From: Octopus vulgaris
Taxonomy: Eukaryota
NCBI GenBank assembly: GCA_951406725.2
Contig: OX597821.1
Span: 42,284,001 to 42,348,000, forward strand
Length of the DNA stretch: 64,000 nucleotides
Reading direction: 5' to 3'
Below, piece after piece: positions 42,504 to 55,647 of the stretch. The notes beneath the pieces are model-generated. The model was not told the DNA's origin, did no database searches, and saw nothing but the letters and a program-made list of their open reading frames with translations. Every line of letters begins with the position of its first letter. Position 1 is the first letter of the stretch. The translations under genes and the position numbers were made by a program.

Positions 42504-42665
42504 AGGTGTAGGAGTGGGTGTGTGGTAAGTAGCATGCTTACAAACCACATGGTTCCGGGTTCAGTCCTACTGTTGGGCATGTTAGGCAAGTGTCTTCTAC
42601 TATAGCCTCGGGCTGACCAAAGCCTTGTGAGTGGATTTGGTAGACGGAAACTGAAAGAAGCCCAT
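42504..42665 (+). mobile_element. tRNA-derived SINE, family C
   Basis: GTGTGGTAAGTAGC...GGTTCAGTCC...GGCAAGTGTCTTCTACTATAGCCTCGGG; copies at about 13065-13190(-), 46620-46785(-) and 50188-50352(-). Confidence 0.75.
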
Positions 42666-42675
42666 CATATATATG

Positions 42676-42752
<77 letters not shown>

Positions 42753-43087
42753 GTATGTATGTATGTATGTGTGTATATTTTTGTGTGTCTGTGTTTATCC
42801 CCCCAACATTGCTTGACTAAAGGTGGTGCTCCAGCATGGCCACAGTCAAATGACTGAAACAAGTAAAAGAATAAAAGAGTAAAAGAGTCATAAGCCCAGA
42901 TGTAGTGTTGGGTGCATAAGTCTCAAAAGGGTTAACAATGTACTGAAAAAAGCAAAAGTCTCTGTAAAAGCAATTCTTGATCCATTCTGATCCAGTCATT
43001 TTAATCCCAATTTATACTAAAATGGAATGGAAAAAAAAATAAACATAAAGAATTGAAAAAAATTGACAGTTGGAAAAGCCTACTTAC

Positions 43088-43154
43088 GTTTTGAAATAAT
43101 TCTTGCTGAAGATAATACGCCAAAGAGCAAAATTATTGCAATAAATTTAAACAT
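43088..43154 (-). CDS. Pancreatic lipase-related protein, putative first coding exon (signal peptide MFKFIAIILLFGVLSSARIISK)
   Basis: ATG at 43154 opens a hydrophobic signal-peptide-like stretch ending C|GTAAGT (phase 1). It joins in frame to the exon at 12403 to give ...IISKRSSACYGKLGC, matching the usual pancreatic-lipase N-terminus. The link across about 30.7 kb is inferred. Confidence 0.75.
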
Positions 43155-43360
43155 TTCCTTTAGAAATTGCTTTTGGGATGATAAACAAAAAGGAAAAGAA
43201 ATTCTGTATATATGTATGTGTGTATATATAAGTATATATATAATGTGTAGAAGAATAAAGATAAGTGATGTCAATGTATACTTATAGCTGCTCTGATAAA
43301 ATTGCAGTTGCTGGTAGTTATTTATATAAGTTATAAAGTACTTAGCCAGTACTTAAAGTT

Positions 43361-43784
43361 GTAAGCTGATATCTTGTGTATAAATCGAAGATATTTCAGG
43401 GGGCGTGACAATTATTATGTAATAACAGATGTTGTTATTGTTTCCCCGAATGACAGTAACAACAGCAACAACTGAATATTACCATCCCCTCAACACCCAC
43501 CCACTCTTTGCCTTGATGTTTGTACCTGATACGGATCTTCACTTGATCAGCCATGCAAACTACCACAGTCACAGCTACCACCACCACAACCACCACTGCC
43601 ACTACCACCACCATCACCACCATATATATATATATATGTGGTGGTGGTGGTGATGGTGGTGGTAGTGAGGGGATGGTAATATTCAGTTGTTGCTGTTGTT
43701 ACTGTCATTCGGAAAACAACAACAACATCTGTTATTACATAAGAATTGTCATGACCTCTTCGATTTATACACCAGATATCAGCT

Positions 43785-43788
<4 letters not shown>
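43361..43788. repeat. Inverted repeat with ~130-bp arms just upstream of the lipase start codon
   Basis: 43361-43495 pairs with 43660-43788 (GCTGATATC...AATATTACCATCCCCTCA and its reverse complement). Confidence 0.85.
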
Positions 43789-43815
<27 letters not shown>

Positions 43816-44059
43816 TGAATTGTTTTTTGGTAAAATTTGAATTTAATTGTAATTCAAATTGAAATTATGGCAATGAAACGTACGTAGACTTTTTACTTAT
43901 TATATATGTTTATTCATTATTTTTGTAATTTTTGTGATCTAGTTATATGTTTTATAATATATTTTATTTTTTCTTTATGATTTGGTTTATGTCTATCATT
44001 GTTCGAATTACATAATAGTGGTTTTTCTCTAATTTATATATATATATATTATACATATA

Positions 44060-45248
44060 TCATCATCATCGTTTAACGTACGTTCTCCATGCTAGCATGG
44101 GTTAGACGGATCGACCAGGGATCTGGGAAGCCAGAAGGCTGCACCAGGCTCCGGTCTTATCTGGCAATGTTTCTACAGCTGGATGCCCTTCCTAATGCCA
44201 ACCACTCTGTGAGTGTAGTGGGTGCTTTTTACGTGCCACCTGCACTGGAGCCAGGCGAGGCTGGCATCGGCCACGGTCGGATTGGTGCATTTTACGTACC
44301 TCCTGCACGGAAGCCAGTCGAGGCGGCACTGGCTTCGGCCATGATTCGGATGGTGCTTTTTACGTGCCACCGACACGGAAGCCAGTCGAGGCGGCGCTGG
44401 CATCGGCCACGATTCGGATAGTGCTTTTTACGTATCTCCAATCCAGGGGTCCTGGCATCTGCCGGGTGCCAGTCATAGGATTGGTTCAATTTCGATTCCG
44501 ATTTCGATTTCACTTGCCCCAACAGGTCTTCGCAAGCAAAGGGGTGTTGGCATAGGTGCCTGTCGTCGGATGAGGTTCGATATCGACTTCGCTTGCCTCA
44601 ACAGGTCTTTGTGTGTCCAAGGGAGGAAAGGCATGCATAAGTGGGCTGGACTCACTTGTCCTCCTGGTCTTTTCACGCACAGCATATTTCCAAAGGTCTT
44701 GGTCGCAGGTCATTTCCTCAGTGAGACCTAAAGTTCGAAAGTCGTGCTTCACCACCTCGTCCCAAGTTTTCCTGGGTCTACCTCTTCCACGGGTTCCTTC
44801 CACTGCTAGAGATTGGCACTTTTTCACACACTTATCTTCATCCATTCTCGCCACATGACCATACCAGCGCAATCGTCTCTCTTGCACACCACAACTGATG
44901 CTCCTTAGGTCCAACATTTCTGTCAGGGTACTAACGCTCCGTCGAGCATGCACACTGACATTACACATCCATTGGAGCATACTGGCTTCATTTCTCGCGA
45001 GCTTACGCATGTCCTCAGCAGTCACAGCCCATGTTTCACTGCCATGTAGCATGGCTGTTCGTACACACGCGTCATACAGTCTGCCTTTTACTCTGAGCGA
45101 GAGCCCTTTAGTCACCAGCAGAGGTAAGAGCTCCCTAAACTTTGCCCAGGCTATTCTTACTCTAGCCATTACACTTTGAGCACACCCACCCCCACTACTG
45201 ACTTGGTCACCAAGATAACGGAAGCTATCAAGATAACGGAAGCTATCA
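44060..45248 (-). mobile_element. RTE-clade LINE, 5'-truncated, relatively young copy with (GAT)n tail
   Basis: Open frame DSFRYLGD...AMLHGSETW...ERRLRWYGHVARM...GRGRPRKTW. 3'-UTR-only copies at about 30380-30630, 36097-36280, 37236-37420, 49746-50170 and 51910-52095; a longer decayed copy extends to about 38030. Confidence 0.9.
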
Positions 45249-45269
45249 TATATATACACACACACACAT

Positions 45270-45307
<38 letters not shown>

Positions 45308-46574
45308 CTAATGTAGGATAATCTTTTTTTTTTTGAGAAAAAAATTTTATCAATGGAGGGAATGGAAACTAAAACAAGGTACAATAAATACGAGTTGACT
45401 CTCCTCCTTCTCCTCTACCTCTGACTTACAACAGTTAAGGTTATTGACTGAAGATATCTGCATTTGTTTATTTATTTAGGCTGTGTTAATAAACATATTG
45501 TGCCTGTTATGGCAGTTTATCTTTACAGTCTCGAGAAGGAAAGAGACAATGTTAACAGACACAGATTATCATTTACCTTGCAGGTGACTGACCACTCAGA
45601 TTTTCTGACAACCAATCTTCTTCTAAGACAGTGAATGAGCCAATGAGGAAACATCTGCATAGATTGCCTCTCCACCCCCCCACCCCTACCTCCTAGAAAA
45701 TAACAACCAAATCTCCTTTGGATCACATTCTACAAAATGGCAACAAAGCCGAAAGACTGGATAATGACAGTGACACCCAGATTTTTACAGTTCCAGATTT
45801 TTACAGTTCCAGAGATGAACTGGATCTGTAGTCTTCAAATTAGCTTTCTCCTTTCTGGTTTTGAGAAGCCTAATTTCTCAAGATTGGTATTTAGGCAGTG
45901 TGTTACATATACCACTACCACTAGCACCCCATCACTAGCACCACCACTATCATCAGGTTCATTAATAATTGATTGATAAGCTGGACATGATTGTCATATC
46001 CAATCTATGCTAATCTCTATATTTTTGGCCAGTTTCTGTATCTTTTGTTTTATTCAGGCCCCAGGTGACTGTGTTCCACAGTTTAAAACATGTTACAATG
46101 TTTCATATTTAATGCAAGTCATGCTGACCACATACTATTAGGTCAAAATTCTACTTTGTAATGTTTTAGGAATAATTATTCTCATACAATTTCCATGAAA
46201 ATGTATAGAAAATTTCTATCATGATGAATCTTGAAAATTTCCAAGATGTTCTTTGATAATGTATTGTGTATAATGTACATGCACTTAGTTAATGTATTTT
46301 GTCATTATTCTCTTATATTTTTTTTTGTCTTCAATATTTAGTTTTTCTGCTCATCCCTTTATTGATTAATTACTCTTTTACTTGTTTCAGTCATTTGAAT
46401 GTGGCCATGCTGGAGCACTGCCTTTAATCGAGCAAATCAACCCCAGGACTTATTCTTTGCAAGCCTAGAACTTATTCTATTGGTTTCTTTTTGCCAAACC
46501 GCTAAGTTACGGGGACGTAAACACACCAGCATCGGTTGTCAAGCGATGCTGGGGGGACAAACACAGACATACAA

Positions 46575-46611
<37 letters not shown>

Positions 46612-47899
46612 CATATATACGACAGGCTTCTTTCAGTTTCCGTCTACCAAATCCACTCACAAGGCTTTGGTCGGCCCGAGGCTATAGTAGAAGACACTTA
46701 CCCAAGATGTCCCGCAGTGAGACTGAACCCGGAGCCATGTGGTTGGTAAACAAGCTACTTACCACACAGCCACTCCTACGCCTATGTTTATTTTCAATAA
46801 TTTTGATATCAGACGTCATGGCTGATTCAACTTTTTTAGTAGTAACCAGCATTCCATCAAGACGTTTAATTATTTGATGCATTTTAAATCCAGATAAGAT
46901 ATACTTTTCATGACTTGCATCAAAATCATAACCAGGTTTGATTAGTAGTCTTGATAAGGCATCAGGCTTATTGTATTACTTCAAATCCTTATTTCATATT
47001 GTATGCTTGCAAGATGCCAGTAACATAGTCCTGAACTGCAGTCATTGATACTTCACCCTTTTAGCATTCAGATTAATCTGTCAAATATAATGCTTATTTA
47101 TTCACATTATTTTGAATTACTTATACATTATCTCATAGCTTTGAGATTTCAACGATGTGACTGTTTATTTTTAGTATGGTATTGTAGGATAAGTGTGAGA
47201 GGCTGGATCTGGTCAGTTTGAGCATTAAATAGATAGACTATTTGAGATATTTATGGCTGGATTAAATGCTAAAATGATATATTTTTATTTATCTAATGTG
47301 AGTATGTGTATTAGTAGTTTGTGATTGGTGAGTAAATCAAAATGCCATCCATACAGGAATTAATTGAATTTATGAAAACCAAATATGATTAATAATCTCA
47401 CTTTATCTATTTGCATGTATCACTGCTGATATACATTCAATGTTTTTGATGCATGAACCAATAGATGTTCTACTCTATTTTCATGAAGTCATTGAATCAT
47501 TCCAACACCAACTGGAGACACATCTGCAGCCAAAATTAGTGACAAATTTTCATTGTAAAGAGTAAGTTCTGAACCTCAATAACTTATCACAACTCATTGA
47601 AATTTCATTGACAATCATTTGACCATTCAAATACTACTCCATTTTTGGTTAAATTATACAAATTATAATAATGTATATTATTATACATGATTTAAATTAT
47701 ACATGAGATTTGCCATACTTTTAATGAATATGCAAAATCTGACTTTCAAAACAAATTCTAATAGCTCATTTACATTTTTGGGAATTAGGAATGTTTTTTA
47801 ATAACATTAGTATTCTTCTCAGATAACCTTATATAAGTTGCACAAATGATATTGCTAAGATATTTTTTTCACTGCTTTCACAGATTCCCATGACTTTCT

Positions 47900-49000
47900 A
47901 TAACCATCCAGTTCCATTATTATGAATTTGAATTTGGAACTTGAATCATAGTGAATTTTTCATTAGCTGATTATACAACCATGCACACCACCACTATGGA
48001 TATATTGCAGTTACTCTCTTTAGAGAGCTTGGTGATCCTAATCATTGATCTTCTAGGATTCCACTGCTCAGCATCAATGTAAGAAGCACTGATAGCTCAG
48101 TTGAACTCTTCCACTACCTCTTCACAATCTGCCATGCTACAGTCCCATGACTTCACCATATCCTTGGCAGGGTGGCTGAATAGGTGCTGTTATTGCTGCT
48201 GTTGGTGCTGCTGATGATGTTGATTCTGGTGGTGTTGGAGCTGGGGCTGTTGGTGGTGGTTGCGTTGATAGTGTTGCTACCTCTGTGTGTGTTGCCAGTG
48301 GTGCATGTGTTAGTGTTATTAAGCTCACCACTGTTGATGTTGCTGCTGTTGTTGTTGTTGTTTTTAAGCAACAAGACGGGTAAGGATGATTAGGTGATGG
48401 TCTAGGGCTTAGGGGCAGGAGACCCCAGACCTTGGAAAAAAAAAATACTTTGGTCGTCTTATTGTAGATGAGGGCTCTTCATTGATGCCTGACACCACTG
48501 GGAGGTGGCCCTCGAAGTTGCTGGAAATGGTGATCTCCAGGTCCAAATTTTGATGTTGCTGTCATCGATGCTGCTGCTGGGGTCGACGGAGCTGCTGCTG
48601 CTGTTCTTCTTGCTGGTGTTGTCATCAACAATGATGTTGTTCGAGCCATTGGTGTTGGCGTTGGAGAAGGCGGGGGTGGTGGTGGCATTGGTAATGTTAT
48701 TGCCGGATGTGGAAGGGGCGCTATCACTGTTACCACTGTAGCCAAAATTGTTACAATATGCTATTATTGCTATTATTGTTATCTTCCCCGGTGGTGGGGA
48801 TCCCCTACCGTTTACCCTCATAGCTGACAGGTGGCATGACTGAAGGAGGATGACTCAGCTGGAAACCGATGACCAGCACCAAAGGGAAATAATCCCTGTT
48901 TATAATCCTTGTTTATATTTGTAGCATTTCCCCCTCCATATTTTAAAGAGGCAATAAGCCATCAGGTCTTAGGGTTTGAAGATACGCCATAAAGGTACTC
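47900..49000 (-). mobile_element. Possible decayed LINE ORF1-like region with T/A/P/N-rich low-complexity linker
   Basis: Short disrupted low-complexity frames and a faint GRRPKxF knuckle-like remnant; no consistent splice structure. Confidence 0.3.
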
Positions 49001-49119
49001 TTTATGGTGAGAAACCCAGGGTAACTCTATAAACCAGCCTTCACCAATAATTAATATAGACTGCTCTACTTCTTAGAGTGTGCTTCTTCTCCAGATTTTC
49101 TAAAAAAACGATATATATA

Positions 49120-49499
49120 CACTACCGTCAGAAATTAATTAGCACCCTTGATTTGCTCTTCACTCAAGGTATGTGCTGTCACCTAGTGGCCATATCTCGA
49201 ACTATTGCTTTGTTGCGAGTTCACTGTTGCGCAGAACGATGATGTAACTTTGTTTGCAGAGCAGTTTGAGAGTCTACAGCCTTATGATGTTGACATAGCA
49301 GTGCAACAACAACTTGGAGTGCGGATGCAGACAAATCTTCCTTTGTTTAATAGATATAGGTAGCGCCTCGCAAGGACCGAAATCACACCATACTAAGTTT
49401 TCTCATCGCGTAAGACGTTTTGAACAGCTCATAGGTTAATTGATTTAACCTATTTAATGTAGAAATTTGAGAAGTGCTAATTAATTTCTGACGCAAGTG
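49120..49499. mobile_element. Tc1/mariner-type MITE, 380 bp
   Basis: 26-bp TIR (CACTACCGTCAGAAATTAATTAGCAC / GTGCTAATTAATTTCTGACGCAAGTG) with TA on both sides. Confidence 0.85.
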
Positions 49500-50351
49500 T
49501 ATACTCTTTTACTCTTTACTCTTTTGCTTGTTTCAGTCATTTGACTGTGGCCATGCTGGAGCACTGCCCTTTAGTCGAGTAAATCAACCCTAGGACTTAT
49601 TCTTTGTAAGCCTAGTACTTATTCTATCAGTCTCTTTTGCTGAACTGCTAAGTTACAGGGCCGTAAACACACCACCATCGGTTGTCAAGCAATGGTGGGG
49701 GGACAAATACAGACACAGAAACATATACACACATACATATATATATCATCATCATCATCATCATCATCATCGTTTAACGTCCGTTCTCCATGCTAGCATG
49801 GGTTGGACAGTTCGACCGGGATCTGGGAAGCCAGAAGGCTGCACCAGGCTCCAGTCTTATCTGGCAATGTTTCTACAGCTGGATGCCCTTCCTAACGCCA
49901 ACCACTCCGTGAGTGTAGTGGGTGCTTTTTACGTGCCACCTGCACAGGTGCCAGGCGAGGCTGGCAACGGCCACGGTCGGATTGGTGTATTTTATGTGCC
50001 ACCGGCACGGAAGCCAGTCGAGGCGGTGCTAGCATCGGCCACGAGTCGGATAGTGCTTTTTACGTACCACCAGACCAGGGATCCTGGCTGGTTCAATTCG
50101 ATTTCGATTTCGCTTGCCCCAACATGTCTTCACAAGCAAAGGGGGTTGGCATGGATGCCTGTCGTACGGTTGGATTGGAGTATATATACGACAGGCTTCT
50201 TCCAGTTTCCGTCTACCAAATCCACTCACAAGGCTTTGATCGGCCCGAGGCTATAGTAGAAAACACTTGCCCAAGATGCCACGCAGTGGGAATGAACCCA
50301 GAACCATGTGGTTGGTAAGCAAGCTACTTACCACACAGCCACTCCTGTGCC

Positions 50352-50384
<33 letters not shown>

Positions 50385-50622
50385 CATCATCCTCATTTAA
50401 TGTCCACTTTTGAATGAATGCATAGATTGAATGGAATTTAGTGAAACAGATCTCCTATGGCCAGTCACCAACACTTACTAGTTTTCAAGAAGCAAGATAA
50501 TATTTCTCTATGACCACAATTGTTTTCACAGAATATTGGAAATAAATGACACTACTTTTTATTTACAACTATCACAATGTATCCAGACAAAGAGACGCAA
50601 ACATACATACATTTACACACGT

Positions 50623-50665
<43 letters not shown>

Positions 50666-51010
50666 TACAAGTGGTTGACATTAGGAAGAGCATCCAGCCT
50701 TAGAAACTATGCCAAAATAGAAAGTTGAGTTTGGCACAATCTTCTGACTTTCCAGCTCCTCTCAAACTGTCCAACCCATGCTAGCATGGAAATCAGAAAT
50801 TAAATGATGATGATGTTGGGCTTCTTTCAGTCTCCATCAACCAAATCCACTCACAAGGCTTTGGCTGGCACAGGGCTTTAATGGAAGACAAGTGTCACAC
50901 ATGATAGGGAAGCAGACTTCTTAACCACACATCCATACCTGCACCTACATGCACACACATGCACACACGCATGTGTGTGTGTTTGCTTGTCTGCTTGTCT
51001 TGACATTACA

Positions 51011-51229
51011 TGATAGTTGTAAACAAGTGTCACCATCATACATGTGGTGTATTTCATTTCCAATTTTTCTTGGGAAAATGTCTAGCTAAGGGGAAATATT
51101 ATCTTGCTTGTAAACATGCGTGATAGTTGTAAACAAGTGTCACCATCATACATGTGGTGTATTTCATTTCCAATTTTTCTTGGGAAAATGTCTAGCTAAG
51201 GGGAAATATTATCTTGCTTGTAAACATGC
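51011..51229. repeat. Perfect tandem duplication, 110-bp period
   Basis: 51011-51119 is identical to 51121-51229. Confidence 0.9.
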
Positions 51230-51864
51230 AGTGAAAGTTGGTAGCAGGAAGGAATATGGACATAGAAAACCTACCTCACCGAATTCTGTCTTACTCAAAT
51301 CAAAGGATGTTAAAATGATGATGATAGTGATGTTAATATTAGTAGAGGTGTTAATGATGATGATGATTATGATGATGATAACAGTGACAGCAATGGCATC
51401 AACAAAATGAATATGGCAACAATGATAATATTATGATAACATATTAAATGCCTGACCCAATTCATTGAAATTAGATTTAACCCATTTCAGAATTGATTTC
51501 AACAGCTTTAAACTTTGTGATTATTTTGTTTTTGTATCCATTTCAATACGCTGTGGGAAATAAGTTATCAACATTGAATTTTCCCAGCTATGTGAAATTG
51601 AAGCTGCAAAAAGAGATATTTTTGGAATGATAAATGTGGGAATATAGACGAGATGCATTCAAAAAGCATCTGACTTTATTTTTTTCCTGTCAAAACTAAT
51701 GCCGAATGGACAAAATTCCTGTGCATGTGTGAAAATCTTTATGGCAGTAGGCCGCATCAGTTCAGAGTTCTTGTATCTAGAGTATAGGAATGTAGTGCCC
51801 ACTATATATATATATATATATATATATAAGATTGAAAAGTAACACACATGTTGATATGTATTTT

Positions 51865-51911
<47 letters not shown>

Positions 51912-52181
51912 CATCATCATCATCGTTTAACGTCCACTTTCCATGCTGGCATGGGTTGGACGGTTTGACTGATGACTGGCAAGCCAGATGGCTGCACCAG
52001 GCTCCAATCTGATCTGGCAGAGTTTCTACAGCTGGATGCCCTTCCTAACACCAACCGCTCTGAGAGTGTAGTGGATGCTTTTACGTGCCACTGGCATATA
52101 TATATATATGTATCAAGGACTCACCATTTCAGAGACTTTTGGTGCTAACACTCACACATAAGTACAAACACATTTATATAG

Positions 52182-52261
<80 letters not shown>

Positions 52262-54047
52262 GTGTGTGTGTATATATATATATATATATAGTTTTTGTAT
52301 AGATATTTCACTGTGAACCAATTAAACATTGGTGCATAAAACAAGGCCAAAATCCTTTTCTATTTCTTTTTTTTTTTATCAGAGTGAAAACTTACAGCTG
52401 TTCATGTGTATAGGACAATCTTCACTAATATTCAAATATATTTTTTGATAAGATTAAAGACAAAAATCAATAGTAGCTAAGCAGAGCTTCTACATATTGT
52501 ATAAAATTATCAAGTTAAATTGATATTAATTATAGACAATAAAGGAAATATTTTTTTCTTTCGTATTGGCAAATCATCTGTGGACTGGAGGTGGTGACTA
52601 ATGGAAGATGAAGTTCTTGGCACGACTGGACTAAAAGAACCTTTCATCTTCCTTTTTCCTCTACTTGCTAACCAATCACTCTAGGAAGTGCACTAGAGGA
52701 GGAAGCCTTTTCTTGTAGTGCTAGCACAGAGTGGGCAGGGTTATTTCATGAGTATAGAGAGTAGTACAACCCTAAATATGTATTTTTTACAGAAGGTAGT
52801 CTTACAAAAGAGAGATATAGGAGACAGAAGAATGAAAGAAGAAAGGCTTGAATGGGTTGTTAAAAGGAGTTGAGGAGTATGGTTGTAGATATGGAGTAAC
52901 CGAGTTTGAAGACAGTGGTAGAGTGACAAGCAACAGCAGAGGTGTATAAGGGCAAGAGTAAGTGAACCAAGGTGTGCAAGTGCATGTATGTATGTGAGAA
53001 TGGTGTGTGTGAGTGTGTGTGTGTGAATGGGGCAAGTGTGGGAGTACATATGTGTGGGCGAGTGTGTGTGCTTATAGAATGTGTATATGTGTATGCGTAT
53101 GGATGTGTGCATATGTGTGAGGCGAACGTGTGTGTGCATGTGTGTGTAGCAGTTGGTGTGTGCTTGTTCAGGTGGTGTGTGCATGTGGGTGTGTTTGTGA
53201 CCAAATAGTGTGCATGCATATAGTGTATGTTTGTGGGTGAAAGTTATCTGTGTCTATGTATGTGTGTGTGTTGTGTGTAGCAGTTGTTGTGTGCTTGTTC
53301 AGATGGTGTGTGCTTGTGACCAAATAGTGTGCATGGGTATAATGTATGTTTGTGGATGAAAGCTATTTGTGTCTATGCGTGTGGCATGTGCTAATGCTTG
53401 TTGCATGTGTGTATATATTGTCTCTGTTCAGGTATTATGTGCTTGTGTGGGTATGGGAATGTGTATGATGGTGTGTGATGTGTGTACTGAGTTAAGCAGT
53501 GTGCAGAGCTGCTCATATAATGGTATGTGTGGTGATGCTATTGAAAACTGTGTGTAGATGTGTGGATAATGGTGTGTGTTGTGGGTGCTGAGAAGGGTTT
53601 GGTGCTAGTGTGTGTGGAGTGGGAAGGTGTTTACGGGTGTGTGTGTAATGGCGTGTGAAGTGAGTAATGAGTTGAATAGTGTGTATGGATGTATGTGTGT
53701 GGTGAGGGTACCAAGGTAGGCAATATGCAGGTGAGTAGGTGGAGGTGGGGCAGTTGAATGTGGGAGGTGTGTGGAATCCATGTGGGGTTGGTGTCAGATG
53801 AAGAGAGGTAGTGAGTTGAGCCCTTATGGCACAAAGGAACAAAGAGAGAAGATTAATTCCTGTTGGTGGTGAAGGCAAGAGTCAAGGTGGCCCCTTTACA
53901 GAGACAGTCTGAACACACAGATGTTGTAGCAAATGACCAGTAGAATGTAAGTGGTGTGAGACCAGGGTATCATTGCCTATTGTGATGTTTCAGAGGTGCT
54001 CTGCAATCCAGTCAGCCAAGCAGCATTCTGTTTGACCAATCTATCTA

Positions 54048-54099
<52 letters not shown>

Positions 54100-54102
54100 T
54101 AT

Positions 54103-55349
54103 TATCAGGCTTTGCAAAAGTCCTGTTACACTTGGTTCTGATCTTTTGAGAGGCTTATGTGTGTGATAAAAAAAAAGTGCCAGCAAACATACTTAAAATT
54201 CTACTTTTCCAGCACGTCATTAAAACGTCTTTCCCATTGTTTGTGAGTGTATCAAGATGGAAGCAAAAAGAATCAAGGTCTCTGCTTTCCTGTGCACAGG
54301 TTACAACATTGCCAAGTGAATAACTGTCAACAGAGTTATGGAGAGACTCAAGAATGGATAACAGTCCACAGAATCATGGAGAGACTCAAGAATAGGAAAA
54401 ACCTCAAAGATCAACCACAATCAGGCAGACTTTAAGTTGTCAGTCATTTGGCTGTGAGAAAGGCCTTTGAAAGTGATCCAAAGCTCAAAATGGTTGTGCT
54501 CACAAAGAACACCATCTCAGTGGCCAAGATCATCAAGGTGGAGGGTGGCAAGAGCTTGAAATGCATGGAAAGGCACCGACTGTGAGAATAATGTCGGGAG
54601 TGCTGTTGTTGCCTTCTCAATGACCTGAAATGTCATGGCAATCAAATTCTAATTTTTTCTGATGAAAAAACCGGTCATCAACAAGCAGAATGACCACATG
54701 GTCAGCTTCGTCCAGGATGTCTCCAAGGTCTGCTACTAGTCCATGACCAAGCACCCAACCTCCGTGATGATGCTCAGTATTGTGGCTTTGAATGGTGAGA
54801 TGTTTCCAGCATGGTTCGCAGCCAGTTACAGGCTCACCATGGCTGACTACAGGGACATCTTAGTCACAAAAGTTCTGCTCTAAGTGAGAAAGATCATGAC
54901 GAAGGTGGACTACATCTCTCAGCTGGACAGTACCCCAGCTCACATAACCAAGGCCATGCAAGAGTGGTTGGGGGTTGAACATAAACTGGGTGAAGGACTT
55001 TTGGCCACTGCAATTGGCCAACCTTAACCCCACTGACTACTGCATGTGGGTGCATGTCGAGGGTAAGGCCTGCAAGGTCTTCCACAGCAACGTCAACAAA
55101 CTGAAGTTCATCGTCAACCACTTCTGAGCTAGCATAAGGAAGAACTTCATCTGCAACATGTGCATAGCCATCAGGTCTCCTCTGGAATGCATACTCATTG
55201 CCAAGGGCAGCCACATGGATTGATACTAATACTGAACACATATTTATATGTTAAAACAATAAAGACATGTCTACTTGCATCAAACTATCATTGTGTCCTT
55301 TGTTGAGAGTATTGTAACAAGTGTAACAGAACTTTTGCAAAGCCCAGTG
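54103..55349 (+). mobile_element. Tc1/mariner-superfamily transposon with TIRs, decayed
   Basis: GGCTTTGCAAAAGTCCTGTTACACTTG / CAAGTGTAACAGAACTTTTGCAAAGCC TIRs; IFSDEK, KHPTSVMM, QLDSTPAH and LNPTDYCMW motifs. Confidence 0.8.
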
Positions 55350-55355
55350 TATATA

Positions 55356-55419
<64 letters not shown>

Positions 55420-55480
55420 GTTCCATAAAGAGCACTGAATTTGAATTTTGCAAAGCCCAGTGTATATATGTGTGTGTGTA

Positions 55481-55528
<48 letters not shown>

Positions 55529-55593
55529 GTTCCATAAAGAGCACTGAATTTGAATTTTGCAAAGCCCAGTGTATATATGTGTGTGTGTGTATA

Positions 55594-55642
<49 letters not shown>

Positions 55643-55647
<5 letters not shown>

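Noticed and set aside
48137-48821. Mucin-like or low-complexity host gene
   Set aside because: Short interrupted frames with no coherent exon structure; more likely decayed retroelement sequence.
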